A DNA stretch of 64,000 bases. Source: Lingula anatina. Taxonomy: Eukaryota > Animalia > Brachiopoda. Below, piece by piece: positions 1-13,377 of this stretch. The stretch spans positions 22,382,001-22,446,000 of the forward strand of contig CM120645.1 of the NCBI GenBank assembly GCA_051362555.1, written 5' to 3'. The notes below the pieces were generated by a model. The model did not search any database, had not been told where the DNA came from, and was given only the letters and a program-made list of their open reading frames with translations. Numbering within the stretch: position 1 is the first letter of the stretch; each line of letters opens with the position of its first letter. A program made the position numbers and the translations under genes.

Positions 1-17
1 TAATTGCTATCTTCTCT

Positions 18-1089
18 CTAGACGAAGTTCATGCAAAATGACACCACACGACGGTCAGACTTGGACGTGTCTCCTGTCCGACCGTCTAAATAGATAATGG
101 AGGCTGCAACCCCTACCTCTGCTAGTGAAGGAATCACTAAATCATACTCCTTCTCCTCGTGACATAACGCAGCTTTAAAGGCTGGGACTGACTCGTTCAC
201 AATATCGCCTCCACTATCTTTTTTAGATTAACGACTTGTTTAGGAAAAAGAATCTCAAAACAACGCAGAGAGGTGGCCCAAATGAAGTCGTTTTCCCCAC
301 CATCTAACTCTCTAACCAACATATCCCCAGGCTTGAGGATGGTATACATGGCAGCGAAAGCTCGTTTGATGTCTTCATGAGGATCATAGGAATCATCCCA
401 CCAACGTGTAGTATGGTACATACAATGTATGGCAAGTACCATATCTTGTAGTTCTTCAGGGTACGTCCCAATGGACTTCAGCTCTTTCACAGACTTCCCG
501 AAGTACATGTAGTCCTGGAACCGTCCACAGTAGGCCACATCCAGAGTAGCATTATCCAAGTTCTCAATGCATTTCTTGTATTTCTGCAAGGACTCTTCAT
601 GAGGTTCTTCCACGCTGATGATGACATTTTTGTTGAGAGCGTGAAGCTTTTCACATATGGCTGACATGGGGGTTCCTGTACCCCCCCCCCCCCCAAAATC
701 CATAATACGGACTGGTGAAGAAAAGTTCTGTTAAATTCATCCTGTTCATAAGAATAGTTTCAAGGTTGGGGGAACCTCTTTTCATGCCCTCTTCCACTCT
801 GAAATGTTAGAGGATTAACAAGTTGAATGGCTTGTTTAATAAAAAAAAAGGTAAAATGATAACCAAAGAAAATAAGGATTTTATAAGTAAATGGACTGTA
901 AGATTAATAGGTGAATTGATTTAATTATTAATGCTATAATGTAGATGAAGTGATGTGGAGTCACCCTTTCTAAAGGATAATTAAACACCTGTGATAAGCC
1001 TCAGAGACAGTTAAGCTAAGGAGATCTCCTTCCAATTTACGCCGCATCTCCTGTTCATGTCGTTCTTTTCTCTGGTAGCTGCCTGCCAT
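18..1089 (-). pseudogene. HNMT-like SAM-dependent methyltransferase copy 1 (pseudogene)
   Basis: Exon 1 at 965-1089, exon 2 from 798. Lesions: +1 insertion near 721, G-run expansion in motif I (DFGGGGGTG), a frameshifting deletion near 200, and CAG->TAG at 18-20. Homology runs to the window edge. Confidence 0.85.
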
Positions 1090-2369
1090 CGGAAATGATT
1101 TGTCTTATAAATTTTCAAAAAGATGTCTCAAGACGAAGTTCGGAATTTTTGTTGAAATTCTGTCAGCGAATACTAGCTGAGTCCGACAAGTGAAGTGCTT
1201 TAGCAAAAGAGCAATATTAGATGACTGATTATAAAAGACTTTTCTGAGGTCACCCGGGTCAATTTTGAATGCCTATAAATCTCTCATCGTGGCCGTTTGT
1301 CCCATCATTCTACTTTGTTTTATACACATTTATTTGGATTACGTGCCTCAAAAGTTTAATGGTACGTGATCTGCATTTTAATTTATACAGTGAAGCATTT
1401 ATATTATATGTATTAAATGTTTTAACCTCAATGTCCTTCAAAGCACCCTACCCTAGAAAGGATTTGACGTCTCAATGTATAATAAAATGACCTGAAAGGA
1501 ATTCCATAACACAAAATTAGCCAGTTCTAATCTATTACGTGCTCTTATGTGCTTTTTTTCTAACTTTCCATAAATATACAGTTCCTTTACTATAAAAAGG
1601 TCTAAAGCTCGTTTTAACTGTAAACTGGGATTTACATTTGAAAAAAGTAAACTTGTCCATTTTTATCGATTCATTTAAGCTTTACTACGTGTAAAAATAA
1701 GGCGTAATGAAAATATGAAAAATACATCAACAGTATTTATTTTCACAAAAAAAGTAATTACACACTGTATCCTGAGCATGGGTGGTGTCACACTGTCCCG
1801 AAATAGACAGCACAGCAGATGGTCGTACGAGTATTTTGAATTATGCCCTTAGATGGCCCCGAACAGTCAACAATCAAAGCAATTACTGTCTTCTCTGAAA
1901 AGGTGCCCACGACTATTTGTTGGAAGTAATTCCAATATCTTTCAAATGTATGTGGTGTGTAACAGATGTAATGTTATGAACGGTAAACGCAGTGAATGAC
2001 ATTTCTTGTGATGCCAGTATCATACAAAACAACTGTCTACCACGAGTGCGTTCACAGGTACGGTATAAATTGGTCATTAATTGTATAGTATATATAGAAT
2101 ATATATACAAAGGTGTTAGGTTGTTGATCCCAACACTATAAACTGAACATAATAATGCTATCTTGATCAATGTATTTGTTTTCACATAAGACCTTCATAC
2201 AGTGGACCTTAACAGTCCCTACCCTATACCAAGGTGGCAGATATTATAGGGAAAATGACCAAAAGACACCCTTGTAACTTTTGGCCAGATCAGAAAAAAA
2301 TCACACCTTGGTTATTCCATTTTGAAGTGTACCATTCTTCTGGGATTAAGTTATGATAACAATTTACTC

Positions 2370-3522
2370 CTAGCCATTTTTAACTTTCTTAATAGTGATC
2401 AAATGATTAGTATTTGTCGATCGCCACATTCCGTCCTCTTCTTGGGAAAGACCGTACTTGCTGCCCTCTCTCTGGACGAAGTCTATGCAAAATGATAAAT
2501 GACGAAGATCAAACTTGGACGTGGCTCCTGTCCATCCATCACAGAACATGGTGAAGACATAGGCTCCGACCTCTGCCATGGATGGTAGCAGAAATCCACA
2601 GCTTGCCTCCATGTGCTGTATAGAAGCCGTAAAGGTTGGAAAAGACTCGTTCAGGATTTCTGCAATTTTTCCTTGATATAACAAAGAACGCCTAGCCCCC
2701 GCTATCTTCTTTAGGTTAACGACTTTCTTAGGAAAAATAATCTCAAAACAACGCAGAGAGGTGTTCCAAATGAAGTCGTTTTCCCCACCCTCTAACTCTA
2801 TAACCAACATACCCCCGGGTTTGAGAATGGAATACATGGCAAAGACAGCTTGCCTGATGTCTCCATGAGGATCACAGAAATCATCCAACCAACGTGTAAT
2901 ATGGTACATAGAATGTATGGCAAGCACTCTGTCCTGTTGTTCTTCAGGAAACGCTCCAATGGATTTCAGCTCTTCCACAGATTTCCCGAAGTAATCCTGG
3001 AACCGTCCAGAGTAGGCCACATCCAGAGTAGCATTCTCCAAGTTCTCAATGCATTTCTTGTACTTTTCTAAGGACTCTTCATGAGGTTCTTCCACGCTGA
3101 CGATGACATCTTTGTTCAGGGCTTGGAGTATTTTACAAATGGCTGACATGGGTGTTCCTGTACCTCCCCCAAAATCCATAATTCGGACAGGTGAAGAAAG
3201 TTCTGTAAGTTTTAGACTGTTCACTCGAACGAGGTCGATGTTGCATGAATCTCTTTTCTTGCTTTCTTCTACTCTGGAAAAAATGGTCGTTCAAATGAAA
3301 TACTAGCGGGATAAAAATCTATCTACATGGAAAACGGAATTAAGAGTCAAAGGACTGCTAGATTACATGCATTGACTAATTAATCATGCAGACTCACCCT
3401 TTGTCGATGATAACTAAACATTTGTGATAAGCTTCAGAGACTGTCAAGGTTCTGAACTCTTCCTCCAAATAACGCCGCACCTCCTTTTCTCCTAGCTCTC
3501 TCGCCTGGTATCTGGCTGCCAT
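2370..3522 (-). CDS. HNMT-like class I SAM-dependent methyltransferase copy 2, intact, ~342 aa
   Basis: Exon 1 at 3398-3522 (MAARYQARELGEKEVRR...), GT-AG intron 3274-3397, exon 2 at 2370-3273 in frame. Motifs RIMDFGGGTG (motif I), VSVEEP, HSMYH and LKPGG resemble HNMT (ILSIGGGAG, VVEPS, IQMLYY). Confidence 0.88.
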
Positions 3523-4502
3523 AGAAAATGATATATAACCTGTACGATAACACCTCAAAAACCAGCTTAGCAAAATAATTTGAAAATCTTGAGGAAACTA
3601 AAGAATTAAAGCAACACCAGATGCCCGTGGTTTAGTTAACCAATACTTGAGTATATAAAATTGTCTTGTGTGGCATTTATATGCAAGAGACCCTGTCTCA
3701 TTAAATGTACCTTTACTTCTTCACGTGATCTCATTATGATGATGATGATTTATTCTTTGTAGTTTAAGGCCTCTGACCAACAATATATTACAACATGTAC
3801 AAACACAGAAGACATATACAATCAAGGTTTACATACAGAAATAAATTATGAATACACCATACATATACAAGTATTTCATTTACATATCTGGACGGTTATC
3901 ATTGATATCTATAATATCACTTCTTTGTGCAAAGGCGTTCAACAAAAATTTAGTGAGTGAGAAAATACTCTCTTCGTTCTCGTCAGACATTATAGTTGTA
4001 AACAAATATTTATTTGGAAAGCTGGTTGTCCATTCAGTTCTAAAGTATTTAATATAGTGATTAAGTACTTAATTATAATACATTTTGTATCATGTAATGC
4101 GGGTAATGTAACATACAGTATAATGAGGGTTATGAGTTTTAAGATTCATAACAAGGGAGAATACAATAACGCATACAAATTACCACTACCGGTTTATTTC
4201 ACAAAACAAATAAAACCCTCATGTCCAACAAACAGTATAAGCATCATATGTTCCCATTAATTCAATATGTTCGCTATCCTGAGCCTAGCTTGTTCATTAT
4301 AATTTTCCATGTGTTAGCTTTACAGTTACGTGGGTTATACATGAAATCTAGAACCTAATGTATCTGATCACACGAATGTTTTCAAAATTGATAGAATCTC
4401 TTTTCATATCTCCCTCTTTTTAGAAATGTTGGTGGCTAGGTACATTTCTTTAAAAAGGGTCCATTATATGACCAAATTAAGCAATAAACGTTGTGGGCCC
4501 AT

Positions 4503-4625
4503 ATCCATTGCAAAGGATAGTTATACATTTGACACAAGCTTGATAGATTGTGGAGGAGCGGAACTTTTCTTGTAATCTTTGTCTCATCTTTTTTTTTTAC
4601 CTTCTTTATTATGGTACAATATATC
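4503..4625 (-). pseudogene. Degraded orphan exon-1 relic of the methyltransferase family
   Basis: ccattgcaaaggatagttatacatttgacacaagct aligns by eye to exon 1 of copy 3 (cccattgcgaaggatggttaaacatttgaaataagct). A paralogous relic lies at ~19010-19125. Confidence 0.55.
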
Positions 4626-4724
4626 GGACAGAAAACAAAATATTCTAACTTTTGTTGAAATGCACTCAGTTATTACCTATCTGAAATGGGCGATTGAAGT
4701 GTTTAAACAAAAAGCAGCATCAGA

Positions 4725-4888
4725 CAGGCCTGTAGGCAGTGGGGCTCGGGGTGTTCGAAAGAATCCCCTTTTGCCGGGAAAAGGACCCCTCTGGGTAAAA
4801 TTTTATCTAGGTTCACGAAGGTTTCATGAAGAAAGGTCCCTTTTTTTAAGAAAAAGGATCTCTCTTGAAATTTCTGGCTACTGGCCTC
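4725..4888. mobile_element. CAGG-ended non-autonomous DNA transposon (MITE)
   Basis: Imperfect TIRs caggcctgtaggcag / ctggctactggcct. Related copies at 19224-19396 and 46224-46391. Confidence 0.65.
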
Positions 4889-4996
4889 TTAGGTACTTCT
4901 TTTTAGGTACATTCTTAACAACTCTTAGTACGAGATTTGTGCTTCAAAATAAATACATATACACGGTAAACAACGCATACATAGATATATAATAAA

Positions 4997-5071
4997 TTGG
5001 ATAATGTTACTCTGGATGTAGCCTACTGTAGACGGTTCCAGGACTACTTCGGGAAGTCTGTGAAAAAGCTT
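4997..5071 (+). pseudogene. Inverted fragment of methyltransferase exon 2
   Basis: The plus strand reads LDNVTLDVAYCRRFQDYFGKSVKKL, matching LDNATLDVAYCGRFQDY..FGKSVKEL of copy 1 in the opposite orientation to the array. Confidence 0.8.
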
Positions 5072-6012
5072 ACCTCCAAAATAGCGGTTATTGCCATTAT
5101 TCCGGAATTATTGCTTGCCATCAGACCACGTGGACTTTTATAGATGGCTATAACTCTGATATACTTAAACCAAACTTTGCAGAACAAAAAAAAAAAAAAA
5201 AAAAAAAAACACGGATTCACCTTGACGGAAAGATTTATTATCTGTTGGTTAGAATGAGGGAATCGTTGTTTACCCAAAGAAAATCCGTTTTCGCCCCAAA
5301 ACGTACAGTTGTTTTCCCTCTAAGGTCAACCCCGTCAACATTGAGCATATATAATTTTGTGATTTATGAAAACACAAAGGCCCATCAAATGTATATTTCC
5401 AAAGTTATAAGTCACGCGACCTGCACTGTAATTTGTTAAGTGACGTATTTAGGGGTGCGCGTAAACACAAGTACATGACCTCTAGGGAACCTACCTAAAT
5501 TGTATTTAGAGATGCATAAATTGTACTTGAGCTCGACACTTGTGTATGTTTTGAATTTCAATGAGGATAAAGCAACCTTATTTTGCCAAGATTTGAAGTC
5601 TCAAATTTTAATAAAATGTCCCAAAGAGAAATTCCAAGTTTGTGCGATGTTATCGAGTCTTTTTAGCCCAAAACTTCAAAACCGATATGTCAAAAAGTGT
5701 TATTTAAAAATCAATATGTAAAATACTTATATATTATTTATTTTCACAATAAGCCATTACACAATCTATCCCAAGTATGGGGTGCTGTCACGCTGTCCCG
5801 AAATTGACAGCAGAATATGGTATTATGAAGTTCGTCAAGCATGGCCCCAAACAGTCAACAAAGTAAGTACAACGAAGGCGATGCCTACAGAAGGTAAACG
5901 ATAACAACCAAACCATACACGATTCTACGATTTTAGATCTTCTTCAGGGAGTTCTCAGGACTAGCTGATTAAGATTATTCTGAAGCTGGATTTTTATATG
6001 CCCACGAACTTC

Positions 6013-6212
6013 CCATAATTGTCGTCCAATCTCTGGCCGTATTCCATGCAAAATGACATATTACGGTCACACTTGAACGTGTCTCCCGAAATTCCTTCAC
6101 AGTACATAGTGACGACATAGGCTACGACCTCTGCCAGGGATGAGAGCAGAAAACCACAGTACACATTGGCCTCCATTTGCTTTGCCGAAGTCGTAAAGCT
6201 TGAAAAACTCTG
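6013..6212 (-). pseudogene. C-terminal methyltransferase fragment immediately 3' of copy 3
   Basis: Reads QSFSSFTTSAKQMEANVYCGFLLSSLAEVVAYVVTMYCEGISGDTFKCDRNMSFCMEYGQR, homologous to the ESFPTF...SLAEVG...SFCMDFVQR segment. Confidence 0.8.
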
Positions 6213-6250
6213 AATACGTCTAGGGAAGTCAGGAAGTTGGCAAAAGTGGT

Positions 6251-7369
6251 TCAAACCTTTTTTACTTTCTTTATAGTAATAAAGTGTGTAGCATTTGACA
6301 ACCGCCACATTCCATCCTCTTTCTGGGAAAGGCCATACTTGCTGCCCTCTCTTTGGACGAAGTTCATGCAAAATAACACCACACGACGGTCAAACTTGGA
6401 CGTATCTCCTGTCTGACCGTCTAAACAGACAATGGAGGGTGCAACCCCTACCTCTGCTAGTGAAGGAATCACTAAATCATAGCTCTTCTCTTCGTGACTT
6501 AACGACGCTTTAAAGGCTGGGAATGAATCGTTCAGAATATCTGCAATTTCCCCTTGATATAACAATGAACGCCTCGCCTCCACTATCTTTTTTAAATTAA
6601 CGACTTGTTTAGGAAAAAGAATCTCAAAACAAGGCAGAGAGGTGGTTCAAATGAAGTCATTTTCCCCACCATCTAACTCTATAACCAACATACCCCCGGG
6701 CTTGAGGACGGTATACATGGCAATGACAGCTCGTTTGATGTCTTCATGAGGATCACAGGAATCATCCAACCAGCGTGTAAGATGATACATAGAATGTATA
6801 GCTAGTACCCTGTCCTGTAATTCTTCAGGATACGCTCCAATGGACCTCAGCTCTTCCACGGACTTCCCAAAGTAATCCTGGAACCGTCCAGAGTAGGCCA
6901 CATCCAGAGTAGCATTCTCCAAGTTCTCGATGCATTTCTTGTACTTCTGCAACGACTCTTCATGAGGTTCTTCCACGCTGACGATGGCATATTTCTTCAG
7001 GGCTTGGAGTGTTTTACATATGAATGACATTGGAATTCCAGTACCTCCCCCAAAATCCATAATGCGGACCGGTGAGGGAAGTTCTGGTAGGTTCAGGGTT
7101 TTTACACGAAAGGTTTCGAGGTTGAGTGAACCTCTTTTTCTGCTTTCTTCTTTTCTGAAAAGTTAAAGGAGTTAATTTGTAATTACATGAAAATTAATGT
7201 GACCAAAACAAACAGGTAAGGTATATAAAAAAGGGTGATCTTACCCATTGCGAAGGATGGTTAAACATTTGAAATAAGCTTGGGAGACTGTTAAGGAGCT
7301 GAACTCTTTTTCTAATCTACGTCGCATTTCCTCTTCATCTTGTTCTCTTGTTTGTTGGCTGGCCGCCAT
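6251..7369 (-). pseudogene. HNMT-like methyltransferase copy 3 with a single in-frame TGA
   Basis: Exon 1 at 7245-7369, exon 2 at 6251-7154 (904 nt, full length). The only lesion seen is the conserved Trp TGG->TGA at 6647-6649; the frame continues unchanged after it. Confidence 0.82.
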
Positions 7370-8870
7370 CTAAAATGCTTTGAATTCTGTCTCACAAATC
7401 TGCTCTGAGTCAAAATTCTAGTTGAAGCTCTCTAAGATAAAATCAACAACTGGGATGTTTATATTAGGACGCCCGCTTGAAAACAACCCCCTTTCCTATC
7501 TCTGTCTGCTCGTGTGCTGTCTTTACCTAACTGCAATTGAATCTTCACTCCAATATGGTCCATAGAAGTACTAATTAAGGTACTTTTTGCTCATCAAAGA
7601 TACAAATGTTTCCACTTGACGTAACTGAGTGCATTACCTGCAAACTAATAGGTTACATCTTATGTATTGAATGTAAAAGACAGAGAATGGTGTATCTTAG
7701 TGATACAGGTAGCGCACTGTTCAGAAAAAACCGACTGAAAAGTTCAAACAAAAGATATAAATAAAACTATAAAGAAACTATACGGGCAGCTAAGGTTTAA
7801 TTTAAACACTGTTGCTCCATATGGTTGTCAAAGCCATCGGTGTTGTTATAAGTGTCGCATTGTAATTTTAAAAGTGAAGTATTTACATTGCTTGAGCTGG
7901 ACATACATGTATCTGTTTATAACTTCATTGCCGGCCATGACGTCTTAATTTACAATAAAATGACCCAAAAGGAATTCCATGACACAAAATTCACCAGTTC
8001 TAAGCTTTTACTGTTCTTGTGTGTTTCTTTTCTTCCCTGTTATAAAAAAATCAATTTTTACTACATAACTTCAGGTCTATTGCTCTTTTTTATTGTGAAC
8101 TAGGATTGCCCGTTTTTAGCGATTCATTTAAGGTTTCCTACAAAATCTGTTTACATAAACTTAACATTCTCTAAAAGTTCTTAGTACAGTCTTTTGTTTC
8201 GATTTCCATTCCTAATACTACCAGTTTGCCACACCAGATTCTCTGAGGTCCACCCTAATTGAATACCATTCGGTTCCTAAGACCAGTGTCAGTTTATCTG
8301 TAGCTTGGTGGAGGTCTGGTTACACATATTGGATGACCAACTTCAATTGTGAACTAAAAAGTAACCTCGAATATAACAAAACCAAGAGATATGTCACATA
8401 AAGGAGTCTTAAGATATAGAAACATTTTATTCGTGTAAAGTAATGATGCCAGTCTGGTTTGTAAGTCATAAATCTTACTGTTCTAATGCCACTATAAAGT
8501 GCATAAAAAGTCGTATGGTAACTCTTATCAATGAACACCGCATCTGCCCTTATCCCCCAGAACACGTGTACTTTATTATTTCACATTATATTACCACGTT
8601 TTACACCTTATACAAACTCTGAACAATGTGAAATATATAAAAAGGTCGGTATCATGATAATGCTATCATGCATTTAAAAATGAAAATAATTTTGAGCATT
8701 TGACACCCTTTAAGTTATGATTTGCATGGATAAAAATTACACAAAACATAGTAGGCTTAAGCACAACAGGATAAAACTAAATATGTTTCTAGTGTGTCAA
8801 GTACCAATGCTCGATGTAATGTGTAAGAATAAAAATAACCCTACACTTTGTTACTTTCACAGTTCTTTCT

Positions 8871-9988
8871 TTAAAGATTAGAATAGTCATAATCAGCTTT
8901 GACTTTCTTAATAGTGATTAAGTCTGTGACATTTGACATCCTCCACATTCCGTCTTCTTCTTGGGAAAGGCCATAGTTGCTGCCCTCTCTCTGGACGAAG
9001 TCCATGCAAAATGACAACACACTAGGGTCAAATTTGGAAGTGTCATCTGCCCAACCGTGGAAATAGGTTATTAGGACCATGCCTCCGACCTCTGCCAGCG
9101 ATGGTAGCACAAAATCACGTCTCGCCTCCTCGTGTCTTATCAAAGCTGTAAAGGTTGGAAATGATTTGTTCAGAATATTGGCAATCTCCCCTCGAAGTAG
9201 CAAAGTACTTCTAGCCTCCACTGCCTTCGCTAAGTTGTCGGCTTCATTAGGAAAGCAAATCTTCAAACAGTGCACAGATGTGTTCCAAATGAAATAGTTG
9301 TCTCCATTATCCAACTCTATTATTATTATTCCCCCGGGCTTGAGGATGGAATACATGGCAAAGACAGCTCGCCTGATGTCTTCATACGGATCAGAGGAAT
9401 GATCAAACCAATTTGTGAGATGATAGATAGAATGTATGGCAAGCACAATGTCCTGAAGTTCTTGAGGATACGCTCCAATGGACTTCAGCTCTTCCACAGA
9501 CTCCCCAAGGTAATCTTGGAACCTTCCAGAGTAAGCCACATCCAGCTTAACATTTTCCATGTTCTCAACGCATTCCTTGTACTTCTGCAGAGACTCTTCA
9601 CTGGGTTCTTCCACGCTAACGACGGCAACCTTGTTAAGGGCTTGGAGTCTTTTACAAATGACTGACACGGGGGTTCCTGTACCTCCCCCAAAATCCATAA
9701 TTCGGATTGTTGAAGGCAGTTCTGATAGGTTCAGGATGTTCTCACGAATGGTATCAAAGTACGTTAATCCTCTCTGAAAGTTAAGGACGTAAAATCCTTA
9801 AGAAATGAAAAAAGAGTTACAAATGACTCATAATTAATTGATTTATTATTGGGGAACACCTACCCATTGCTGATAATAGTTACACATTTGTTATAAGCTT
9901 CAGCATTAGCCATGGAGCTGAACTCTTCTTCCAGTCTACGCCGCATCTTCTGTTCATCTCGTTTCCCTGTCTGAATGCTGACTGCCAT
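8871..9988 (-). pseudogene. HNMT-like methyltransferase copy 4 (19-nt deletion at exon 2 start; 275-aa core ORF intact)
   Basis: Exon 1 at 9864-9988. The canonical acceptor at 9773 gives GGA GAG GAT TAA because 19 nt are missing relative to copies 10 and 12. ORF 8871-9698 is uninterrupted. Confidence 0.72.
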
Positions 9989-11705
9989 TGGAATATTCTG
10001 CAGTATGTTCTGTCCAATAACTCTACTATAATATGCATAAATCCAGAATCAGACACTTTCTCCAATTTCTTCGGTTAATGTCGAATTAATTAAACAACTG
10101 CAAGGACACCCATCTAAAGCTGTGGCGTGATCGTAACAACCGTTTGTTCCTTCAAGCGTATATATGTAGCTGTGTATTAGTATCATGTCCTATAGTGCAT
10201 GATCTGCAAAGTAATTATGTAACAGATGTAACGTTCTGAACGGTGAACGCAGAGAATGACACTTCTTGTGATGCCAGTAGCATACAAAACAACTGACTAA
10301 AGAGTGTAAAAAATAAGGTTGCGTGCACAGTGAAACTGTCTTACTGGGTAGTTATATTATAAACGTACTCCTAGCGTTTGCTTTAGCGAGTAGTTTCAGG
10401 TATAATATAAATTGGTCATTAATTGTTTAGTGCATACAGAATATATACAAAGGTATATATTATCAACTAAACATGATAATGCTATTTGTTTTCATATAAG
10501 GCCTTCATACAGTGGGCCTTAACAGCCCCTACCCTCTACCAAGGTGGCAGATATTATAGGGAAAATGACCAAAAGCCACCGTGTAATTTGTGGCCAGATG
10601 AAAACAATTAAATATGTACTCGCGCAGATGGCATTGTGTCCGCTCTGTAGGGAGCAACTACAGGAGATTCCTCAGTTAACTTCAATATGGACTAACAAGC
10701 TATTCAGAAGGGGCCATTTGTATCCGTCACAAAAGAGCAAGCGGTTTAGATCAGAGCACTTAACTGTCAAAGGGACTTAGCCTGAGTCTGTTAAAAGACA
10801 GTGCCTGAGAAGTTATACAAACCATTACCAGCCATATAATCAACCTGGAGATTTCAACACAGGATCAGAGATGGTAAAATGACCGTCTATTTATCCTAAA
10901 GCATATCTGTGAATATCTTGTGAAAAATCAATCTGTGGCCCAAACGTCAGGTTTCCAACCCGAGCATGAGTCCTTGATTCAACTCAAAATAAGTCCATAG
11001 CATCGGCTTCCCGACACCACTGCAATAGGCAAATACTGACAAATTCTATTAAAATGTACGAAAGCTGCACCTGCATGTTCCCTGTAGGTCTACTATGTAA
11101 GGGCCACACTTGGCCTTTACTACATGCATTAGCAAGTAAGTCTCCTTACAAACAGACATAATGTTATAAATACAATGGGTTACATGATTGTTTAATGTTA
11201 ACATCTATGGATAATCAAAACAGCATAGCAGTATACATACTTCATTTATTATATAATTGGTGGCGTGTGTAACTGGGTGATAATATGTCATCTATTTTCC
11301 GTTTATCGTATCACGTAGGCAACGCGGGCGGAAAACAAATTCTCCGAGCCACTTCTTTAACGTGTTATTCTAAAGACTTTTCTTAAATATTCATCAGTCG
11401 CTCTTGTATGTGCTTATACAGTAATAAATAAATATCCATCAGTCGCTCTTGTATGTGCTTATAAGGTAATAAAGAACCTGAGCTGTTTGTTATCATTCTC
11501 GGCTACATATGAAAAACCTACGGGATATGTTGGTGACTAATATCTTATAGACAGAGTTAAATCTCGAAGCGGTTTACATGCTTTGAAGGCCGGTTACATG
11601 AAAAGTGAAAAGCAAATTGCACTGATACACTGTTGTCCTCACTTTACCGTCATATAATTACATTCATGTTTTCTAAAGGTTATATTTGTCAAGGTAAAGG
11701 AAGTC

Positions 11706-12902
11706 CTACATCTGTTGAGCTTTCTTAATAGTGATAAAATGAGTCATATTTGACGATCGCCACATTCCATCTTCTTCTTGGGAAAGGCCATACTTGCTGC
11801 CCTCTCCCTGGATGAAGTCCATACAAAATGACAACATACGATGATCAAACTTGGAAGAGTCTCCTGACCAACCGTCACAGAAGATAATTGAGACATAGGC
11901 TCCGACCTCTGCCAATGACGATAGAACAAAACCTTTGGGGATCTCGTCGTGCGTTATTAAAGCATTCACCATTGGGAATGCTTCGTTCAAAATATTTACA
12001 ATCCCGCCTTGAAATAGCAAAGAACGCCTGGCTTCCCCTACCCTCCTAAAATTGGCGAATTTTTCAGGACACAGAATCTCACAACAACGCAGAGAGGTTT
12101 TCCAAATGAAGTCGTTTTTCCCACCATCTAACTCTATAACCAACATACCCCCGGGCTTGAGGATGGAATACATGGCAATGACAGCTCGCTTGATGTCTCC
12201 ATGAGGATCACAGGAATCATCCAACCAGCGTGTAAGATGATACATAGAATGTTTAGCTAGTACCCTGTCCTGTAATTCTTCAGGATACGCTCCAATGGAC
12301 CTCAGCTCTTCCACAGACTTCCCGAAGTAATCCTGGAACCGTCCAGAGTAGGCCACATTCAGAGTAGCATTATCCAAGTCCTCAATGCATTTCTTGTATT
12401 TCTGCAAGGACTCTTTATGAGGTTCTTCCACGCTGACGATGGCATCTTTGTTGAGAGCGTGAAGCTTTTCACATATGGCTGACAAGGGGGTTCCTGTTCC
12501 TCCCCCAAAATCCATAATTCGGACTGGTGGAGAAAGTTCTTTTAAATTCATCCTGTTCATACGAATAGTTTCAAAGTTGGGAACCCCTTTTCATGCCCTC
12601 TTCCACTCTGAAATGAATGAGGATTAATAAGTTGAATGGCTAGTTTAATAAAAAAAAGATAAAATGATAACCAAAGAAAATAATTTTATAAGTGAATGGA
12701 CTGTTATATTAATAGGTGAATTGATTTAATTATCAACGCTATATTGTAGATGAACTGATGTTATCATGTGGACTCACCCTTTCTCAAGGATATTTAAACA
12801 TCTGCGATAAGCCTCAGAGACAGTTAAGGAGCTGAAATCTCCTTCCAATTTACGTCGCATCTCCTGTTCATATCGTTCTTTTCTCTGGTAGCTGCCTGCC
12901 AT
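11706..12902 (-). pseudogene. HNMT-like methyltransferase copy 5 (2-nt deletion early in exon 2; 284-aa ORF intact downstream)
   Basis: Exon 1 at 12778-12902, exon 2 from 12607 (902 nt). A G5->G3 run near 12580 relative to copy 1 gives an early TGA. An in-frame ATG at 12560 opens a complete catalytic domain. Confidence 0.7.
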
Positions 12903-13377
12903 CGGAAATGATTCGTCTTACAAAATTTCAAAAGATGTTTTGAAATTTTCAAGACGAAGTTTGGAATTTTCTGCCAGTGAATACAAGCTGAGTCCGACAA
13001 GTGAAGTGCTTTAGCAAAAAAGCAATATCAGATGGCCGCTTAAAAAGACTTTTCTGAGGTCACCCGGGCCAATTTTGAATGCCTATAAATCTCTCACCGT
13101 GGCCGTTTGTTCCATCATTCTACTTTGTTTAATAAACATTTACATGGATTACGTGCCTCAAACATTTAATGGTACGTGATCTGCATTGTAATTTATACAG
13201 CGAAGCATTTATATTATGTTTTATCCTCCATGTCCCTCAAAGCACCCTACCCTAGAAAGGATTCGGCGCCTCAATTTGTAATAAAATGACCCGAAAGGAC
13301 TTCCATAACACAAAATTAGCCAGTTATATACCTTTACGTGTTCTTATGTGCTTTTTTTCTTCCATTCCATAAATAAA

